DNA of 63,954 nucleotides, the filler included, from Octopus bimaculoides (Eukaryota): NCBI RefSeq assembly GCF_001194135.2. It is 7 parts of 7 records of this genome, joined end to end, with 100 filler letters (N's around TTAATTAATTAA, not from the genome) between each part and the next. Parts side by side here need not be neighbours in the genome. Positions count along the whole stretch, not along the records: positions 7,456 to 27,094 come from NC_068986.1; positions 27,195 to 40,410 come from NC_068988.1; 5 more parts are not named here. One strand, written 5' to 3'. This document shows positions 25,267-38,067 of this stretch, piece by piece; positions within the stretch are counted from its first letter, which is position 1, and each line of letters begins with the position of its first letter. The notes beneath the pieces were generated by a model. It worked only from the letters and a program-made list of their open reading frames with translations. It did not search any database and was not told where the DNA came from. The position numbers and the translations under genes were made by a program.

Positions 25267-25809
25267 TACTCTCTCTCTACACGCACACACAGACATAGGA
25301 ACATATTTTAATTAATAGCAACGGAAGCAATATTAATACTAAGACGTAATCGTTATCTCCAACTTAACATGGATGTTAAGTTCTTAGCATTCCGAGATCC
25401 TTTCATGTGCACCAAACGCCTAAATCAGATCTCTCAAGGTTAAATGTGTATGTGTGTGTGTGTGTGTGTGTGTGTACATGTACATATATTCTTTTATTTG
25501 TTTCNNNNNNNNNNNNNNNNNNNNNNNNNNNNNNNNNNNNNNNNNNNNNNNNNNNNNNNNNNNNNNNNNNNNNNNNNNNNNNNNNNNNNNNNNNNNNNNN
25601 NNNNGTGTGCGTGTATATATGTGTGTGTATGTATCTAAGAATGTATATGTACATATAGGCCCAAGTATATATTCATGTGTGGTGGGGTGTATGTATATAC
25701 ATGCATATACAGACAGAAACACATACTTGTATATGTGTAAATATGTGTATAAATGTGTGCGCATGAACATGCTCGCAGGAGCGCGTGTGTGTATGTGCTT
25801 GTGTGTGAT

Positions 25810-25855
25810 TACGTGTAACTACGTGTGACTACGTGTGACTACGTGTGACTACGTG
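25810..25855. repeat. 10-bp minisatellite (TACGTGTGAC) x5
   Basis: TACGTG starts at 25810, 25820, 25830, 25840 and 25850. Confidence 0.9.
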
Positions 25856-26212
25856 CGTCTTTGTGCATATAGATGTAGATGCTAGGAAAAAATATGATTG
25901 ACAAACGCAGATTTGTAGTCATAGAAAGAAAGAAACGTCATTTCAGAGAATATAAAGAAAGCGCGGATATGCGGTGCTGACTGTATGTGCGTGAGTACAA
26001 AAGAGAGAGGGGGGAGCGAGAGACAGGAAGACAGACAGACAGACAGATAGACAGAGGGAAAGAGATGTTAAGAATCGACAACAGTAAGATAAATGCAGGT
26101 TCGTTCAATAAGGTAAAGTTAAAAGCCACCAGGTGTATTATCAAGGTGTAATATACAAACACATACGTTGTGTACTAACGTATATTAATCACTTGCAGAA
26201 TATATGATATAT

Positions 26213-26255
<43 letters not shown>

Positions 26256-26301
26256 TAGATATATAGATACATACATACTTACATACATATATATATGTAT
26301 A

Positions 26302-26339
<38 letters not shown>

Positions 26340-26437
26340 CCTACACATATACAGGTGTATACATATATATATCTATATATATAGACAGAGAGAGACAGAG
26401 ACAGAGAGAGATAAGTAGATAGACATATATATATATG

Positions 26438-26495
<58 letters not shown>

Positions 26496-26710
26496 CATAC
26501 ATACATACATACATACATACATACATACATACATACATACATACATACATACATACACAGAGGAACATCGTACACTAACACATCTGAATTTACAAACATA
26601 CACAAACATTGTATATGCACATTCACATGTATATATTTCTTATACACATAAAAATATAGGTTGAACATGCATATATGTACATTCATACATACATGCATAC
26701 ATACAAATAC

Positions 26711-26742
<32 letters not shown>

Positions 26743-26743
26743 G

Positions 26744-26777
<34 letters not shown>

Positions 26778-27335
26778 GACATGCACACATACACACACAC
26801 ATATATGTATGTGTGTGTGTGTATATGTTTGTTCACAAACATTCGAACAGACAGCATTTGACAATAAATAGTGAAATACATGCAATGATTGTGTTAAATA
26901 AGCAAAATTTAACACGTAGCTACACGCAAACAGGCTCACGTGTGCGCATACATTCGCATATACACATTATGCATGCACTCAAGAATCTATCAAAAAATAC
27001 TCACGTATCAAAAATACACGCTTGCAATCATACTCATAAACACACGCCCGCTCCTCCGCACACATACATACACATACACACACACACATACATANNNNNN
27101 NNNNNNNNNNNNNNNNNNNNNNNNNNNNNNNNNNNNNNTTAATTAATTAANNNNNNNNNNNNNNNNNNNNNNNNNNNNNNNNNNNNNNNNNNNNCACCAC
27201 CACCACCACCACCACCACCACCACCACCCACATAAGGATCATAACCACTGCCGTCATCTTCAGAATGTGTTATGAGGAGGATTTATCGCCATCGCAACGC
27301 TTTCATCACCACCGTCATCACCATCTTTCTCGTCG

Positions 27336-27389
<54 letters not shown>

Positions 27390-27895
27390 ACAACAACAAC
27401 ATTATCCTCATCCTCATCTTCATTATCGCTATGCTTCTCTTGCTACTTCTCCTCCTCCTCCTCCTCCTCCTTTTCTTTCTAGTTCTTTTCCTCTTCCTTC
27501 TCGTCCTCCATATCATCATCATCATCGTCAACTTCATCCTCACTGACATCTACCAGGCATTTAGCCACAGTCGCAGTTGTCAAAGCATCAGTGCTGTTCT
27601 GATGTTGTTGNNNNNNNNNNNNNNNNNNNNNNNNNNNNNNNNNNNNNNNNNNNNNNNNNNNNNNNNNNNNNNNNNNNNNNNNNNNNNNNNNNNNNNNNNN
27701 NNNNNNNNNNNNNNNNNNNGTGGTGGTGGTGGTGGTGGTGGTGGTGGTGGTGGCGGCGGCGGCGGCGGCGGCGCGAGTGGTGAGGAAGAAAGACGGCGCT
27801 GACAGCTTTTGGCGCTGGTGAAGATTTTTGCCATTGACAGTTAAAAGCTGTACTGAGTGATTGCTCTGGCATCATTATAAATGAGAAAGAGAAAC

Positions 27896-27942
<47 letters not shown>

Positions 27943-28062
27943 CATACACACATATTCATACATACACATACATGTATTCATACACTCATGCATACACACA
28001 CACATACATACATACATACATACATACATACATACATACATACATACACACATACATACATA

Positions 28063-28342
28063 CTAGGATATGTAACACACTGTCTAAATACCAATCTTGA
28101 GAAATTAGGCTTCTCAAAACCAGAAAGGAGAAAGCTGATTCGAAGACTACAGATCGAATCCATCACNNNNNNNNNNAACCAGAAAGGAGAAAGCTGATTC
28201 GAAGACTACAGATCGAATCCATCACTGGAAGTGTAAAAATCTGTAAAACTTTCCAGAAGTTTATCATTTAAATATATATGAGTATGTCTAGATAAGCAAC
28301 TATATGCATGAGAATACATACATAAAACACACAAATCTGCAT

Positions 28343-28383
<41 letters not shown>

Positions 28384-28560
28384 CAGATAGATAGATAGAT
28401 ACATACATACATACATACATACATACATACATACATACATACATAATAGAAAAATACGCTGTTGCTGATGTTGAAATTCCAGCGAAAGAGCCTTGGGTCT
28501 AGGTTAGAAACCGGTTCTTTGTCTATTGGCAAGAAATTTTGAAATAAAACTAAACAAGAG
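28063..28560 (+). mobile_element. 3' end of a REL-type non-LTR element (family RD) with a microsatellite-bearing 3' UTR
   Basis: GYVTHCLNTNLEKLGFSKPERRKLIRRLQ..SITG.VKICKTFQKFII*; same family as 61855-62310. Confidence 0.75.
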
Positions 28561-28734
28561 CCCTCAGAGAGCATAAACTTCTGCCAAGGCAACACCAACG
28601 TCCTCTCAACGATTTGCCAGAGAGGATTTTTTTAAATGAGAATATCTGAATTAAACTCGATTGCTCTGACAAACGAGAAGACTGCTCTCAAAACGTAAGT
28701 AAAAAGAAAAACAAATCTAATCAGTTCGTGCCAG

Positions 28735-28872
28735 TCACAAGGCCAAACTTCCTTGAAAGTTTCACCCGAATCTATGCAGCGGTTCTTGAGAAATCTTGCC
28801 TACGGACAAACAAATAAACAAACACACACGACTGAAAACTCTACATCCGCCTTCGCTAAGGCGGATGTAATA
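28735..28872 (+). mobile_element. Helentron-associated (DINE-1/HINE-like) non-autonomous element end
   Basis: aaagtttcacccgaatc..gcggttcttgag..(acaa)n, then a perfect 12-bp hairpin tacatccgcctt-cgct-aaggcggatgta (28842-28869) followed by an AT-rich flank. Confidence 0.55.
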
Positions 28873-28898
28873 ATGACATACATACATACACTCTCAGT

Positions 28899-29282
28899 GG
28901 AGGCGCAATGGCCCAGTGGTTAGGGCAGCGAACTCGCGGTCGTAGGAACGCGGTGTCGATTGTGAGTTTTGTGAGTGTTTATAGAGCGAAAACACCTAAA
29001 GCCCCACGAGGCTCCGGCAGGGGACGGTGGCGAACCCTGCTGTACTCTTCCACCACAACTTTCTCACACTCTTACTTCCTATTTCTGTTGTAACTGTATT
29101 TCAAAGGGTCAACCTTGTTACACTGTGTCACGCTGAATATCCCCGAGAACTACGTTAAGGGTACACGTGTCTGTGGAATGCTCGGCCACTTGCACGTTAA
29201 TTTCAGGAGCAGGCTGTTCCGTTGATCGGATCAATTGGAACCCTCGACGTCGTAAGCGACGGCGTGCCAACAACAACAACAG
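28899..29282 (+). mobile_element. SINE family C, full length, (CAA)n tail, 13-bp TSD
   Basis: tRNA head ggaggcgcaatggcccagtggttaggg. TSD catacactctcag at 28885-28897 and 29283-29295. Confidence 0.9.
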
Positions 29283-29549
29283 CATACACTCTCAGCTTCA
29301 TGCCTATCATTACTGGAGCAACAGGATACATACCAACCCACCTGGAGCAAAGTGAGGCTGGATTTGCAGAGAATAAAAGTCCTTAATTCATAAGCTAAAA
29401 ATGATCGCGATATCTGAGGCTATAAAAATCTGCAAGATCTTCTTAAGATTTAAAGGTTAATCATTAAAAGAACTTTGCTACCAAGTCGGTGGCCGGTCAA
29501 AACTAACTTTAATTTAAAAACAGAAAGAGTACATACATACATACATTGG

Positions 29550-29745
29550 TTTCAAATTTTGGCACAGGGCCAGCAATTTCGGGGTACATCGACCCCAGCT
29601 TTCAATTAGTACACATTCTATTGATCCCAGAGGGGTGAAAGGCTAAGTTGAAAGTGACGGAATTTGAAATCTAAACGTAAAGACGGACGAAATGCCGCTA
29701 AGCATTTCTACCGGCGTGCTAACGATTCTGTCAGCTTGCCGCTTT
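29550..29745 (-). mobile_element. SINE family A
   Basis: Family-A consensus on the minus strand. Confidence 0.75.
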
Positions 29746-29764
29746 GTATACAAGATGAATTAAA

Positions 29765-30240
29765 ATACAGTTCTATATTAAAAAAAAAAATGGATACCTC
29801 CTTCCTCTGTGAGATGAAGTTAAAATAATAGACAGGGAACACTACTCGAAAATACGAAAGCTAAAAGAAGCAGCACATATGCTAAGACACAACAACCTCC
29901 TAAGCAGACCGAGTGCAGATGTGAACAGCATATGGGAACCGGTTTTAAGGAAGGATCGGAGAATGTTAGATTTATAAGACCTAAAATTCACTCCATAATT
30001 GTCCACGAGCATATGGCGTAGTGGTTAAGAGTGCGGACTACTAACCCCAAGATTCCGAGTTTGATTCCAGGCAGTGACCTGAATTATAATAATAATAACA
30101 TCAAAAAATACCTTAGGAATGAGAACCCAGGTTCGAAATTACTCCAAGACACCTGATGAAGACCGGAGGGTATATCAGCCAAAACAAGATGAGGGCAAAT
30201 ATCCCTCAAATGTAAATTATGTAAATGAATTAAAATGTTA
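29765..30240 (+). mobile_element. PLE 3' fragment: GIY-YIG C-terminus, embedded tRNA-like module and degenerate hammerhead
   Basis: DEVKIIDREHYSKIRKLKEAAHM..NLLSRPS..VNSIWEPVL (about 29812-29960); A-box TGGCGTAGTGG 30014-30024; B-box GTTTGATTCC 30059-30068; CTGATGA 30153-30159. Confidence 0.65.
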
Positions 30241-30929
30241 TGGTAACTGTTTGCTCAACGAAGGTTATTGATTTTCGTTTTTATATTCTTAGTTATTCCC
30301 ACCTACGCATTTCAACAGTGGCGACATTTTCCCAGAAGCTCTGAGACTGAGAGGCACTCGAGGGATGGGTACACTCTTGTATCGAGATCACTATCTTCGG
30401 TATATTTTATCAGATTTATATGTATGTATATGAATATATTAATGTCTAATGATATTTAATATCTGTATGCGTGTAGGTATGTAAGATCTGATAAAATGTA
30501 CCCAAGATAGCAATCTCGCTTCATGTGTGCAGTTTGCTCCTGTCAGTAATACGGCAAGCAAAGAATACTTGGCACCAAATATTTCAAAGGATCTCGAACG
30601 CAAGATTGATCACGTGGGCAAGAACGAGAAGAACTGGTGTGATACGACCACGCTAACATCTAACAAGGAGTGGGAAAAAAATTCTCGTTTTGTTCCCGTG
30701 ATTTTTTATATTTTAATCCAAAATGGAGTCCAACGCCAATCGCCATGCGCTCGGCTTGAAAAATTGTTAAGATACTGAGATATCTCATGACATGAAACCA
30801 ATGGTAGCCTTAACACACAAATAAAGAAGTTTTATCAACCAATGTGGCTTTGAGCACTCATTTTGATTGTTCGACATATACGTGTATATATATATGTGTG
30901 TGTGTATATATATATATATATATGTATAC

Positions 30930-31260
30930 ATTTTTTATTCGTTTTCCTGTTTCAGTCATTTGATTGCAGCCATGCTGGAGCACTCTTAGTTGAACAAATC
31001 TACCCCAAGACTTATTCTTTGTAAGCATAGTACTTATTCTATCGGTCTTTTTTGCCGAACTGCTAATTTACACCAACATTAGTTGTAAAGCGATGGTGAG
31101 AGGATAAACTCAGACACACAAATACACACACACACACACACACACGTATATATATATATATATACATACACACACAACGGGTTTCTTTCAATTTCCGTCT
31201 CACAAATCCACTCACAAGGCTTTGGTCTGCCCGTGGATATAGTAGAAAGCACTTGCCAGC
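30930..31260 (-). mobile_element. SINE family B, diverged, internal CA/TA microsatellite
   Basis: gtttcagtcatttgattgcagccatgctggagcac..ccactcacaaggctttgg. Confidence 0.75.
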
Positions 31261-32161
31261 TCGATTGTGTCAGCTCGCTGTGTCTTGTAGTTTTTAAATA
31301 ATACTATCGTACAATAAACGCTTCGCCGTAAGTAATTTAAGTAAAGTAAATAGATTTACTTATTCAGAACTGAAAAGCTTATGTTGTTTCTATCGAAATA
31401 AACATATAAATAAGATGACTTTTAGTTGAAATATACGAGGTATCTTTTAAATTGTTGCTATTATTGAAAAGTAAGCAATGTCGGTGACTGTAAAGCTGAT
31501 GAATTAAGAGAAGTGAAAGAGAAGCTATTAAAATATTTTTGTCTCAAAGCTTACAATGATACAAATTCTCAGAAGTGTTAGAAAAATATGAGAAATATTG
31601 ATTAAATCTGAAGAATCTTTAGTGATAAACAAATACGTGGAGTGTAGTATGTAAGTAATTTTATCTTCAAAGAAGATAATATTTGATACAGTCTCAACCT
31701 TACAAGAGTCGAAGTTAGCTTTTCATTCATCCGGAAGTCGATAAACCAAGTACCAACAATACACTCGGGGGCCCTTTAATTGACTATACTCTGAGCTTAC
31801 GAAAATCCAACTTTATTACTAGCCAAATAAAATTAACATTTCCTTTAAAAAAATCGTAGCCTATTTACAAGTGTTACGAATAGATTTCAATCTGAGTATG
31901 TCACCAATACGATACGTTTATATTGCTAATACCCTGGAGAAAAGCGTGGATATTACGAAATTCTTACTTTACGTGACTTTGAACTTAACTAGAAAATTAA
32001 TATTTTCTCATAAGATGTCATGTCACATCCCAAAACCAATGTTGGAGTTGAGTTTCAAATTACGTTTTTAGTTATAGAATGTCGTAACTTCAGTTCTAAA
32101 TAGAATCAACAATTCCACCAAGAGACTGAGACGTGATATATTCATTCCTATTAAGACCATA

Positions 32162-32540
32162 GTGGAGGCACAATGGCCCAGTGGTTAGGGCAGCGGACTC
32201 ACGGTCATAGGATCGCGGTTTCGATTCCCAGACCGGGCGTTGTGAGTGTTTATTGAGCGAAAACACCTGAGGCTCCGGCAGGGGATGGTGGCGAACCCTG
32301 CTGTACTCTTTCACCACAAATTTCTCTCTTTCTTCCTGTTTCTGTTGTGCCTGTAATTCAAAGGGCCAGCCTTGTCACACTGTGTCACGCTGAATATCCC
32401 CGAGAACTACGTTAAGGGTACACGTGTCTGTGGAGTGCTCAGCCACTTGCACGTTAATTTCACGAGCAGGCTGTTCTGTTGATCGGATCAACTAGAACCC
32501 TCGTCGTCGTAAGCGACAGAGTGCCAACAACAACAACGAC
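32162..32540 (+). mobile_element. SINE family C, full length, 12-bp TSD
   Basis: Same consensus as 28899. TSD attaagaccata at 32150-32161 and 32541-32552. Confidence 0.9.
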
Positions 32541-33465
32541 ATTAAGACCATAAATGCTTAGTGGTTAGGGTGTTGTACTCACGATTGCGAGATCGCGGTT
32601 TCGATTCCCAGATTGGGCGTTGCGTTCTGTTCTTCAGCAAAGCAATTCATTTCACGTTGCTCTGCGATCATTTCTACATCTGACATGTGGCAACCAGTTG
32701 CACCTGTACAGGTAATGTATATATACGATGGGCTTTTTTCGTTTCCACCTACCAAATCCACTCACAAGGCTATAGTAGAGGACACTTGCATAAGATGCTA
32801 CGCAGTGAGACTGAATCTGGAGCGATGTGGTTGGAAAGCAAGCGTCTTACCACACAACCACGCTCGACTGGTACTTAATTTATCGACCCCGAAATATATG
32901 ACGAGCTTCTTTCAGTTTCAGTCTACCAAATCCACTCACAAGGCTTTGGTCTGCCCAAGGCTATAAGTAGAAGACACTTGCCTAAGATGCCGCGCAGTAG
33001 GACTGAACCTAGAACCATGTGGCTGGGAAGCAAGCGTCATACCACACGCCCATGACTGCTCCTCACTATTAATTAAATTAGTTTCTCTGAAATATTTGTA
33101 ATCGGCGAAAATACTGCAATAACGTTTACTAATTAAAAGAGGTTAATTAGGCGTTTTCGAAATAACGTAAAGAATTTATGTTGATAGCATCTGTTATTTA
33201 CTAACAGAATTTCTAAAATTTTAAATACTAACATCGCCCAACCACTCCCAGAAAAATGGGAGAAGCAAAAAATTAAAAAAAAGAAAGGCGTTGGAATCCC
33301 AGTAATTTTTTGTGCCCCAACCCTTTTTGTTTTTTGCAAATGTTTTTTTAATATCTCCATTTCTAATATCGCTAAGAATCTAATGTTAAGAATATCTGGA
33401 TGGAATTCCAGGTTTTCTGTCAATCAGTGTATGATGCAGCAATGCTGGCTGTCTCATATGGAAAC

Positions 33466-33509
<44 letters not shown>

Positions 33510-33530
33510 NNNNNNNNNNAGAGAGAGAGG

Positions 33531-33569
<39 letters not shown>

Positions 33570-33607
33570 GCAGATAGATCGATACCTAGCTAGCTAGCTA
33601 GATAGAT

Positions 33608-34040
33608 AAGGCGGCGAGCTGGCAGAATCGTTAGCACGCCGGGTGAAATGCTTAACGGTATTTCGTCTGCCTTTACGTTCTGAGTTCAAATTCCGCCGAG
33701 GTCGACTTTGCCTTTCATCCTTTCGGGGTCGATAAATTAAGTACCAGTTACGCACTGGGGTCGATGTAATAGACTTAATCACTTTGTCTGTCCTTTTTTG
33801 TCCTCTCCATGTTTAAGCCCCTTGTGGGCAATAAAGAAATAAGAAACGTTAGCACGCCGGGTGAAATGCTTAGCGGTACTTCGTCTATCTTTTATGCTCT
33901 GAGTTCAAATCCTACCGAGGTCGACTTTGCCTTTTATCCTGTCGGGGTCGATAAATTAAGTACCAGTTGCGTACTGGGGTCAATCTAATCGACTAGCCTT
34001 CTCCCCAAAGATTTCGGGCCTTGTGCCTAGAGTAGATAAG
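33608..34040 (+). mobile_element. Two tandem family-A SINEs (the first with a variant tail)
   Basis: aaggcggcgagctggcagaatcg..; the second copy starts at about 33843 and is 5'-truncated. Confidence 0.85.
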
Positions 34041-34738
34041 AATTTCACGACCACTGTTTCTATCAGAAACTTTCCAGAGAGAGTATAAATCAATATTATA
34101 TTCTTTCCAGAAAGAATATAATATTGATTTCTGTTATAGGCACAAAGCCACATATTTGAAGCCGGGTCAGGAGAAAAGCTATAATGGAGTAAACTGACCC
34201 GAGTATTTTACTGGTACTAATTCTATCAACCCATGAAAGATGAAGACAAGTCGCCAATTTCTATACGATAATAGTGCAACTGTAACACGAGATCAAAAGT
34301 ATATACCCAATTTAATCGATCACATAAGATCGTCTTCTATAAAACTTAACCTCTTGCCTCGTCAGTATGTTGTCTAAATTCTGTTTTTGTTTTCACAAAC
34401 AACCAAACGAACATCAATAAAGAAAAAAGAACAAAAAACCCTTAAACAGGATTTAATTTTTTTTAATACTGCTTTTGTGTTTCGCAGTAATGAGTAACGC
34501 TATCATTTTTAATTGAATTTTTTGGTATTTATTTTATTTTATTTTTATTTATTTATTTATTTATTTGTTTGTTCGTTCGTTTGTTTATTTATGTATACAC
34601 CTTAAAGAGAAACGGTTCTTTCCCTGCAAGTAAAATACACTAGAAAACAACAACAACAACAACAACAACAACAGCAATAACGAAAATAACGACAATAAAT
34701 ATCAATAACACGAAACAATAGCATAAAAAATATCATTA

Positions 34739-34771
<33 letters not shown>

Positions 34772-34902
34772 TCATCATCATCATTACCATCACCACCATC
34801 ATCATCATCACTATAACCATCATCGTCATCATCATCATCATCATCATCATCATCACCATTGTCGTCGTCATCATCATCATCATCATCATCATCATCAACA
34901 TC

Positions 34903-34943
<41 letters not shown>

Positions 34944-36049
34944 TATCACCGACAGCAACAACGCAACAACAACAGAAAACAATAACAATGTCGACGATGA
35001 AACCGTTTCTTTTCTTTTCTTTCTTTCTTTCTTTCTTTCTTTTTTTCATAAAACACCAAGGAATATTATAAAAAAAAAAACAAGAAGTCAAAAGAAAGGG
35101 AAGCCATGTTTAATAAGACCGAGATATGACAGAGTAACTAACTACCAAGGGAAAGTAATTGTATTAACAGCGAATTTATTAAATTAACATAGAACGTCAT
35201 TTATTGACTCTGTTGTTGCTGCTGCTGCTGCTGTTGTTGTTGTTTTGTCTTATTTTTGTTTTATCTTTCGAATTTTCTTCCATATTCCTATCGAAACGTT
35301 TCTCCTACGCCCTATATTTCAATTATGCTGTTCAATAAACAAGATTTTTTTTTCCTTGCCACTTTCTTATACCATATTCTAATTCGGTTGTTTAATGTTA
35401 GTTAATATTCGGGGCATTATTTTAAGGCGGCGTAAGGTGGCGAGCTGGCAGAATCGTTAGCACGCCCGGCGAAATGCTTAACGGCGTTTCGTCTGTTTTA
35501 ACATCCTGAGTTCAATTCTCGCTGAGAGCTGATTTGCATTTAATCCTTTTGAAAGAGGATAAAATATAATAACATCACGTGCTCTCGGTTAATATCACGT
35601 AATCATAGGATTATGATTATAAATATTAGCGAAAATCTGAAGAAACCAAGAAGACTATTGCTGGAATAACGAGCTCATGAAAATAATTCACTTGTTGATA
35701 ATAATGTTCGTATTGTGTCTTTACATTGGGAGTTTAAATTCCGCCGAGATTGACGTTGCCTCTCATCCTTTTAGGGGCAATAAATTGACCCCAGTTGCGT
35801 ACTTGCGTCAATGTGATCAACTTAACCCTCACCCCAAATTGCAGGCCTTGTGCCACAATTTGCACATGTGTGTATGTGTCTGTTTGTGTTTGTGTCTGTG
35901 TGTGTTTGTGTCTGTGCTCGTCCCCCCCCCACCGCTTGAAAAACCGATGTTGGTGTGTTTAAGTCCCCGTAACATAGCGGTTCGGCGAGAGAAATCGATA
36001 GAATAAGTACCAAGCTAGTAGTGCCTACAGTTTTGAACAGGGGAAGGGC

Positions 36050-36245
36050 AATAACTGACACTCCGTCGGTTACGACGACGAGGGTTCCAGCTAATCCGAT
36101 CAACGAAACAGCCTGCTCGTGAAATTAACATGCAAGTGGCTGAGTATTCCACAGACATACGTATCCTTAATGTACTTCTCAAGGAGTTTCAGCGCAACAC
36201 AGAATGTGACAAGGCTGACCCTTTGAATTACTGGTACAACTCATT
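36050..36245 (-). mobile_element. SINE family C, 3' half
   Basis: Reverse complement of the 3' part of 29090-29280. Confidence 0.75.
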
Positions 36246-36944
36246 TTAGTCAGGCGTGTAGAGTGGAGCAACGAGAAATAAGGATATAGCGCGCCGTCGA
36301 GAATCGAACTGACGACCTAACGATCGTGAGCAAAACACCCTAACCACAGAGCCACGTGCCTTCACACAAGGGTGATAAGAGGAGGAGAAACGGATGGGTT
36401 GGAAATGCCTGAATAGAGAAATGGCTCGTGTCCAGCCAAGTCCGGGTAGCAACGGCCAAAGTTTGTACATTTATTGGCATAAGAAAATAGAATTGTTTAG
36501 AAATTAAATACTTCACCGACATCACTGATATAAAAGACTAATTAAATTAATGTTAAAATATTTAATGAAGTGAGTAGCATTAAAGAGCTAAGTAGAAATA
36601 ATTATGCAGCCAAGTAAAAAACAAAAGCGTTTGATGAGCGTTTTAATAATTAACAAATCGACTTTAATTTTTGTTAAACGTTGTCTCTGACTTAAACTCT
36701 TTCTGATAAGGTACATTACTTATGTTTTAATTAATTTTGAAAAAAATATAACATTTATTAAAATAATTTTGTTATTATTAACCTAGTATTTAGAACAGAA
36801 ATGAAAATAGAATTCCGAATAAGGTCTTACTTCAGATCATTTCACCCTTTTGTTACCATATTTTAGCTTGAATGCATTTCCTTTGTTGTTACAAATTTTG
36901 AAAATAATAAAGAATTCAGCAAAATAACTTTCTAATTATTGGCT

Positions 36945-37392
36945 TAAAATTTTGATACGAGGCCAACAGTTTAGGGGAAGGCAGGGGAATCGATTACATC
37001 GATTCTACAATTAGTACTTAATTTATGGACCTCGAAAAGATGAAAAGCGAAATTGAGCTCGTCGGAATTTGAACTCACATCGTATGGAAGGGGTGATAAT
37101 GCTGGTAAGTACTTCGCCCGGCGTGCTAACGATTCCGCCAGCTTGCCGTCTTAAAATAACTATAATTATCAAAATAGTCCTTTTTGTTATAGGCACAAGG
37201 CCTGAAATTTGGTGGTAGGGGCTAGTTGATTAGATCGACCCCAGTACGCAACTGGTACTTAATTTATCGACTCCAAAAGGATGATAGGCAAATTCGACCT
37301 CAGCGGAATTTGAACTCGGAACGTAAAGACAGACGAAATACCGCTAAGCATTTCGCCCGGCGTACTAACGATTCTGTCAGCACGTCGGCTTT
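36945..37392 (-). mobile_element. Two family-A SINEs within AT-rich repeat DNA
   Basis: Copies at about 36945-37153 and 37178-37392. Confidence 0.85.
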
Positions 37393-37808
37393 ATAATTAT
37401 CAAAATGGTGTTTTAAACAAATTAACATAATATTTTGATGTAAGGTTTTATTTTAGATCACTTTAATCCTTTTGTTACCATATTTCAGTTTAAATACTTT
37501 TGAAGTAATTAATTTTGGTAAATTGTGAAGAATTTAGTAAAATAACATTGTCAATATCAAGATGGTGTATAAAGCATAAATTAACATGAAATTGTAATGG
37601 AATTTTAAAACTCAGATCACTTTTGTTACTTTTTTTCTGTTGAAACACATTATCTTTGTTTTATAATTAACTAGAAGGGGACTTAACTCATGCTCCGACT
37701 TGAAAATTCTTAGAAGTTATGGTTTAAAATTATTTTTAATGCAAAAATTCACGTCGTAGGAAGCAAAATAATAATAATAATAATNNNNNNNNNNNNNNNN
37801 NNNNNNNN

Positions 37809-37864
<56 letters not shown>

Positions 37865-37869
<5 letters not shown>

Positions 37870-38067
37870 CAGCTTTAAAATATGTACTGATTACGCAAAA
37901 TAATGAAGTATTTGGCAAAGTGACTGTGTCAATAATAAGGTGTGTTTGGAACATAAATTAAGATGGAATTATGAAAGAAAGTTTTAGCATTAATCTCTTT
38001 GAAGCAGTAACATTTCGTATTCCAGAGCTAGAGGTTATCCCCGTCGTGTTAGTATCGAAAGGGTTAA
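37865..38067. mobile_element. Possible piggyBac-like non-autonomous element end
   Basis: Terminates in gtatcgaaagggTTAA (CCC/GGG plus TTAA). The other end is not seen and may lie in the gap. Confidence 0.35.

Noticed and set aside
28119-28226. 49-bp direct repeat across a 10-N gap
   Set aside because: Identical sequence on both sides of a minimal gap indicates overlapping contig ends.
33130-33430. 96-aa ORF and an alternative-frame KTFAKNKKGWGTKNYWDS peptide
   Set aside because: I could not assign a family or splice structure.
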